Shown: in pieces, positions 21,260 to 26,850 of the stretch | How the letters are laid out: each line of letters starts with the position of its first letter | Numbering within the stretch: position 1 is the first letter of the stretch | Assembly: GCF_006345805.1 (NCBI RefSeq) | Contig: NW_021835588.1 | Location: 1 to 26,850, forward strand | Direction: 5' to 3' | Source: Octopus sinensis | Taxonomy: Eukaryota | DNA: 26,850 nucleotides | Notes under the pieces: generated by a model | What the model was told of the DNA's origin: nothing | Seen by the model: the letters and a program-made list of their open reading frames with translations, nothing else | Databases searched by the model: none | Position numbers and translations under genes: made by a program

Positions 21260-21265
<6 letters not shown>
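20643..21265. mobile_element. Hammerhead-bearing ~368-bp repeat unit in a tandem-plus-inverted arrangement (Penelope pLTR / retrozyme-like), between (TA)n tracts
   Basis: Direct repeat 20643-20670 = 21011-21038 (period 368). 21040-21204 is the reverse complement of 20643-20812, and 21205-21265 is the reverse complement of ~20944-21010. Confidence 0.82.
20816..20857 (-). ncRNA. Minimal type I hammerhead ribozyme, U3:A8 core variant
   Basis: Minus strand GCTGCA-TTGAAAA-GGGG[CAATA]CTCC-GAAA-CGCG-TC-TGTAGC: 6-bp stem I, 4-bp stem II, palindromic stem III ACGCGT and GUC triplet. Predicted cut is between 20822 and 20821. Confidence 0.82.
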
Positions 21266-21307
<42 letters not shown>

Positions 21308-21692
21308 GTAATTAGGGGTCAGTAATTGCTTCACCACATACCGAATTTAAAAATAGGAGCTGAAAATTCCTTTTCTACTACTGTAACTTATAAAGGTTAT
21401 TTTAACGTACCGATCTACTTGATAAAATTCTTAATTAATTGATTGATTAATCAATTAATTTAATTGATTAACTTTACCCTTTTATTATTAATTTGAAATT
21501 ATCTATCTATCTATCTTTTCTTCACACAACTTGATTAACAATTCAATATGAACTATATATGGACATGCACAAATTCTGTAAGTTCAAGACCTTTCATCGG
21601 ATCTCCAGGAATCGAACTTTCTTCAATGCAGTTAAACTCACACCCTCATTTGTATCTACCCCTTTTGATGTTTGGGAATCTCTGATGTTTTT

Positions 21693-21773
21693 TCGGCTGA
21701 CGAGTACGAGCCATCTATATTTACTGCATTTTTGAGCTTATTACATATGTCCTCGTACGAAACATTGTACCGA
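21693..21773 (+). ncRNA. Type I hammerhead ribozyme with canonical core and a 41-nt stem II loop
   Basis: TCGG-CTGACGA-GTACGAG[41 nt]CTCGTAC-GAAA-CATTG-TA-CCGA: all core nucleotides, 7-bp perfect stem II starting G-C, stem I TCGG/CCGA and GUA triplet. Predicted cut is after 21769. Confidence 0.85.
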
Positions 21774-21813
21774 TAATTTAATCATTCTTGTTGCTTTTTC
21801 CTTTATAATATAT

Positions 21814-21845
<32 letters not shown>

Positions 21846-21858
21846 GATATATATATAT

Positions 21859-21907
<49 letters not shown>

Positions 21908-22068
21908 TACAAACAGAGTAATCGAGCAGTGAGAATGAACGTTCAATAACCAAGTTTGGTGGTATAAATATTCACATAGTTCAAATATATTGAAAAACAA
22001 AAGAGGAAGACAGGTGTATGAACAACAAGCAAGTGTATTAGTTTCACGCTCGGGAACAATGGAAAAGG

Positions 22069-22104
22069 CTTTTACGTTTCGATCCTACGCTCTTCGACAG
22101 AAAG
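22069..22104 (-). ncRNA. Minimal hammerhead-like motif, CUGUNGA (A6U) variant, copy 1
   Basis: Minus strand CTTT-CTGTCGA-A-GAGC[GTAG]GATC-GAAA-CG-TA-AAAG. Stem II has one mismatch, stem III is palindromic ACGT and the triplet is GUA. Confidence 0.62.
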
Positions 22105-22187
22105 GAATAAGAGAAAATAGAGAGAGAATGAAAAAAAAAACGTGTTGAGTTCAGTGTTATTTCGTTGATATAAAGCGCCGTAATTTG

Positions 22188-22233
<46 letters not shown>

Positions 22234-22527
22234 CACACCCACACACACACAACTCATACACACACACATACTCACACACACACATATATATTTCCGTGAG
22301 AGTTAGAGGTTGGTAAGTCAACCAACTAAGGGATAGTACCTATCCAATATACTGCTGATCTTTTACACTCTTTTATGTATCACTAGTACATATTTTGTGT
22401 AGCACACAGTCTTTGTATGTGTATGTACTCTTATAATATTTCCTTATGTTTTAGAATAGATAGACACAGTAGAATGTCTACCGGCTTATGTATGTCATTT
22501 CTGTATCCCCCTCCATTTTCTTTTTTG

Positions 22528-22603
<76 letters not shown>

Positions 22604-23521
22604 GCACATACATCATTGCAAGTGTCTTTAAGACTTATTATACACTATAGTGATTGCCTCAAATGTCGAATAGAAATATGTAGAATCACGTGAGATTGAT
22701 CTGTACCGGAAGTGACAGTAGAGGGAGTAAATAAGACAGTTTCAGTTCTAACGAACGTAAGGGACCAAAATTAGGAGATATGATGCAAATATAGAATTTG
22801 AGAGAATTGCTAAAGTAGAAGATTTGAAGTAAAATACAAAAAAAGAGAGTAAATATAATATATAAAATACCGCAAAATATATATAAATACTGTAAAATAT
22901 ATAAATATATATAAAAATAATCTAAATCATATTGCAGGAAAAATATAAAAATACTCTAAGATATATTGCAAGAAATGTATAAAAATACTGGAAAATATAT
23001 TACAGGAGAAATATTTAAAGATTAAAATCAATATCGAAGCGAAGAAAAAAATTCAGCTAGAAAAATTTGGAAAAAGGTCAGTACTAAAAAATTCAAGTTT
23101 ATAGAATAATTGTGATTGTTTCTTCTCCATAAACACAAATTGTAAAAATAACGTTCTTTAACTAATTGCCGAACCTAAAAACATACATAAACTATACAGT
23201 TATTCAGATATATCTGGAACATTTTACTAGGGTAACTTTTTGTATAGATTTTTTTCAGCTTGTGGAATTTTTTTAATGTTCGATCAAAACTAGAAAGTTT
23301 TGTAAATGGAGGTTATATTCGATGCAAAGGAACCCATTATGTGACTAGTGATTAAAAGGTAAATGGGAGTTAAAGACAGTCATATCTGGATTTGTGTTGA
23401 TAGAACGTAAACAAGGTGTAACTAAAGGAAATGTCAAAACTGTGACATAGTTGAAGAGAGTTCGAACTAAATGTCAGCTTTCTTACAATACTTCATGGGT
23501 TGTGAACTTACAGGATCTCAA

Positions 23522-23910
23522 ATGAAAACAGTCATAGAAAAACATATAATTATAAAAGTAAGAGACAAACAAAATTATTAAAGAGAATTCTAGTATAGCT
23601 ATCTAGTGGAGGATTCAGAATTCGAAATGAAAGAGGGTTCAACCTTTAAAATTAAAACCAAATTCTTTTGACAACCCAATCTACATTACAATATATAAAG
23701 GTTACCGAGAACGCTACATCGTACAAACAGGCATGACACTCAGAAAAAGAATGACAGTACATCACCAAGAAATAGGAGAACAATACACGAGAAAAATACC
23801 CTTGAGTAAACAGAGATATCTTCTGCCAGTATAGTGAGTCAATGATGGAACAGCAATGGAACAATGAAGAATTATATTTTCGTAACTCATACGAACCAAC
23901 ACACAATAAG
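23522..23910 (+). mobile_element. Penelope-like element relic: RT-to-endonuclease linker and GIY-YIG endonuclease, frameshifted
   Basis: MKTVIEKHIIIK/SKRQTKLLKRIL..EFEMKEGSTFKIKTK/ then 23664-23834 SFDNPIYITIYKGYRERYIVQTGMTLRKRMTVHHQEIGEQYTRKIPLSK. This matches the decayed NxIY...C..C...YIGQT...L..R...H GIY-YIG pattern of PLEs. Confidence 0.8.
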
Positions 23911-24168
23911 TGGGCGACATTCATATTCATTTATGAATCGTTTTTACATATAGGAAGTTACCCAAATCTTTGAGAAGCTGAATATCAGCATAAACCTGAT
24001 CAGTTTAATATGACTTTTTCTTCTGCTACGAAATACACAAAAATGTATAAAATAAAAGTTTTTTCTATGCAATCCCATCTTTCTTCTCACCTTCCAACTT
24101 GTGTTACATATCTCAGACTTACATTATAAATACGTACACCAATATATTTTTTGTTAAACTATAATATT

Positions 24169-24487
24169 TTCCATTATAGACACAAAGCCTGAAATTTGTG
24201 GAAGGAAAAGAGGCGATTACATCGACCCCAAAACTGAACTGGTACTTAAATTATCGCCCCCACCCCCGAAAAGAGGAAAGGTAAAGGCGACCTCGGAGAA
24301 ATTTCATCTCAGAACGTAGGGACGGACGAAATACTGCTAAGTATTACGCACAGCGGGCTAACGATTCTACCAGCTCGTCGCCTTGAAATCAACAACGGCG
24401 AAATATGAACTCAGAACGTAACTAGCTGGCATAAATTCCACTAAGCATTTTTTCTGGAGTGCTAACAATTCTACCACCTCACCGCCC
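24169..24487 (-). mobile_element. Family C SINE (~24169-24384) plus a second head fragment (~24392-24487)
   Basis: gattacatcgacccc...ctggtactta...gaaaagaggaaaggtaaaggcgacctcgg...gacgaaatactgctaag...ccagctcgtcgcctt. Confidence 0.75.
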
Positions 24488-24898
24488 TTTTTTCTATCTT
24501 ATTTCTTGTTGAACTGTAAGAAAGCATTTATTTTGTGAATCCGTATTTTTATATTTTTATTTCATACATATAAATAAAAGTTATTTTCTCATTATGCTAA
24601 AAAGTTAAACTAGTTTTGATTACACGGAAATATATATGCATATATACGCATTTCAAACCCTTTTCTCAGTATATCTATCTATATCTGTTTTTCTGTCTGT
24701 CTGTCTGTCTGTCTATGTATGTATGTATGTATGTATGTATGTATGTATGTATGTATGTATGTATGTATGTATGTATGTATGTATGTATGCATGTATGTGT
24801 GTATCTATCTATCTATCTATCATTCGCCATGATAGATCGTTATCCACTACACACATTTTTTTCTCTCCTTGTTTATGTCCTTGTTTCTGTCTGTGTTT

Positions 24899-24934
24899 CT
24901 TTCTGTGGAAGAGCGTAGGCTCGAAACGTTAAAG
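24899..24934 (+). ncRNA. Minimal hammerhead-like motif, CUGUNGA (A6U) variant, copy 2
   Basis: CTTT-CTGTGGA-A-GAGC[GTAG]GCTC-GAAA-CG-TT-AAAG. Stem II is perfect and the triplet is GUU. About 70 nt downstream (ttcccgag.gt.a.actaatac...acacctgtcttc) is homologous to the corresponding flank of copy 1. Confidence 0.62.
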
Positions 24935-25417
24935 ACTTTTTCAATTCCCGAGTGTTATACTAATACATCTGTTTGTTTTCTACACCACCTGTCTTCGTCT
25001 TTTGTATTTTTGTGAATTCTCCCTATCTATCTATCTATCTTTGACTATGATTCTATGAACCGTAAAAATTAATACAGAGTTGCTTATTTGCAAAAAAAAG
25101 AAAGAAATATAACATGTGACTTCATTGACCGAGGTTCCCGTGGTCTTTTCCGTAGGCTTTTCTTTCCACGGGTAAACCTCACCTGTCCTCCCCTTTACAC
25201 TTCATATTGACATTTCTGTGATTACGATCCCTATTGATCAACTTTTTTTTCCTCTCCCCTTTTCTTTTTTTCCTCTCCCCCCCTTTTTTGTCAGTTTCTT
25301 TCCTTTTACGATCCCTTTTGATCGAAAACCAACCCCTTTTTTTTACCCCCAAAAGAAAAGCTCTACCTTGTAATTTGTTCTGTCTGTGTGCAGCCCTGTG
25401 TGGATAATGAAGAAACA

Positions 25418-25474
<57 letters not shown>

Positions 25475-26191
25475 GTCTGTCTCTCTGACTGTCTGTCCAT
25501 CCGTCCGTCTATCTATCTATATATCTATACAAATACATATATATTTATATGTATACATACATACAAACAAACACATATACATCGTATCTGTGCGTACGCA
25601 TCTGCTTAATCCCACGGTATGCCACCATACACGTTTACAGACTGCACAGTATTAGTTCGGAGATTGGTGTTAATCAAAAAGAAATTCTGCAATAAAACTT
25701 TATTTGTTTACAGCACTGATTTGACATTCCAAGATGGATGCAGACAGCAGAGCTGCAGGTATAAACATCTGATACCAAAGAGGAACTCATACACACATAC
25801 TCACGATGAGATGCACAACGACACACACACAAATGCGAGTGTGTATGGATGCGTATGTGTTTGGACAGAATTTGTGTTTGTGTGTATGTGCACGTATGTG
25901 TGCGCGCGTGCGCGTGTGTGCATGTGTGTGTGTGTGTGTGTGTGGTGTGTGGTGTGTGTGTGTGTGTACACATGAGTCTGCGAAGCCGTTCGTAGTTTGG
26001 AATTGGCATTCTTACACAGAGAGAAAGTCACACTTCCAGCCATAAGAATCTGCTGCCAAATAAGGAGAAAACAGCCCCCCCCACACACAAACAGATATAT
26101 ACAAAAGCAAACAAACACGTAATTGGGATCTTCAATGTTTTGATGTAAGCCTGTGTTTATAACAATAATTATGACGGTGATGATGATGATG

Positions 26192-26242
<51 letters not shown>

Positions 26243-26303
26243 GTAATAATAATAATATAATAATAATAATAATGATAATAATAATAATGATAATAATAAT
26301 AAA

Positions 26304-26515
26304 CCTTTCTACTGAAGGTAAAAGGTCTGAAATTTGAGGGGAGGGGCTAGTCGCTTACATCGACCCCAGTATTCAACTGCTGTTCATTTTATCGATCTCG
26401 AAAGGATGAAAGGCAAATTCGACATCGGCGGAATTTGAACTCGGAAGGCGAAGACGGACGAAATGCCACAACGGATTTTGAATACTATCTTTTGTCCGGC
26501 GTACTGTCGATTCTC
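26304..26515 (-). mobile_element. Family C SINE next to an (AAT)n tract
   Basis: cctttctact...ttacatcgaccccag...gaaaggatgaaaggcaaattcgacatcggcggaatttgaactc...gacgaaatgcc. Confidence 0.78.
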
Positions 26516-26520
26516 CGTGT

Positions 26521-26705
26521 ACATCTGGCATGCGGCACACCGTGCACATCTGACATGTGGTACATCGTATATCATCTGACATGCAGTATATCGTGCATCT
26601 CTAACATGTAGAAGACCGTGCCCATCTTACATGTGGCACATGGTACACCTCTGACATGTAGAATACCGTATATACCTAACATGTGGCATACCGTGCATCT
26701 CTGAC
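26521..26705. repeat. Degenerate ~25-bp minisatellite (about 7.5 units, consensus near CATCTGACATGTGGCACACCGTG)
   Basis: Recurrent catct.acatg(t/c)(g/a)g...cgt at 23-27-nt spacing. Confidence 0.8.
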
Positions 26706-26850
26706 AATAATGTCGATGTGATGGAAGAAATGGGTTATTTGGTTAGCGTATATATTTTGATCCCTATAAATAAATCATATGTGCAGGTCCTTCACCAGAA
26801 ACGTCTTTTGTCGGACTAACAGACACTATCATAGTTATTGAAATGCCTGC

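Larger units (their letters stand above)
1..26850. repeat. Pervasive microsatellites: (TA)n, (CA)n, (ACAT)n, (TATC)n, (AAT)n, (GAT)n, (GAA)n
   Basis: Directly visible, e.g. 410-830, 5615-5810, 8830-8958, 10665-10782, 14850-15030, 16930-17030, 24700-24820 and 26180-26300. They account for most ORFs in the supplied track. Confidence 0.98.

Noticed and set aside
26373-26582. CxxC-rich ORF (RCTTCQMCTVCRM) suggesting a metal-binding peptide
   Set aside because: It arises from the 25-bp minisatellite fused to a SINE.

Overview
AT- and microsatellite-rich animal genomic DNA. The repeat content points to an octopus (coleoid cephalopod); this is an inference from memory of octopus SINE and microsatellite families. 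The only host coding sequence I can support is two minus-strand exons of a receptor (membrane) guanylyl cyclase of the natriuretic-peptide-receptor type: 15584-15444 (coiled-coil/dimerisation linker) and 4711-4588 (start of the cyclase domain). They splice in phase across a 10,732-bp GT-AG intron, and the rest of the window is probably intron. It holds several tRNA-derived SINE families (some composite or multimeric), a mariner relic, two 3' relics of RLE-type non-LTR retrotransposons sitting in microsatellites, a 164-bp MITE, a Penelope-like GIY-YIG relic, a ~1.07-kb tandem duplication and minisatellites. The main discovery is five minimal type I hammerhead ribozyme motifs with palindromic stem III, four of them within 20.8-25.0 kb. 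One has a compensatory U3:A8 core inside a ~368-nt tandem/inverted repeat unit, one has a fully canonical core with a 41-nt stem II loop, and two are copies of a family with a CUGUNGA (A6U) core. All alignments, folds and family assignments were done by eye. Exon and ribozyme coordinates were counted base by base; repeat boundaries are approximate (+/- about 10-20 nt). Catalytic activity is untested.
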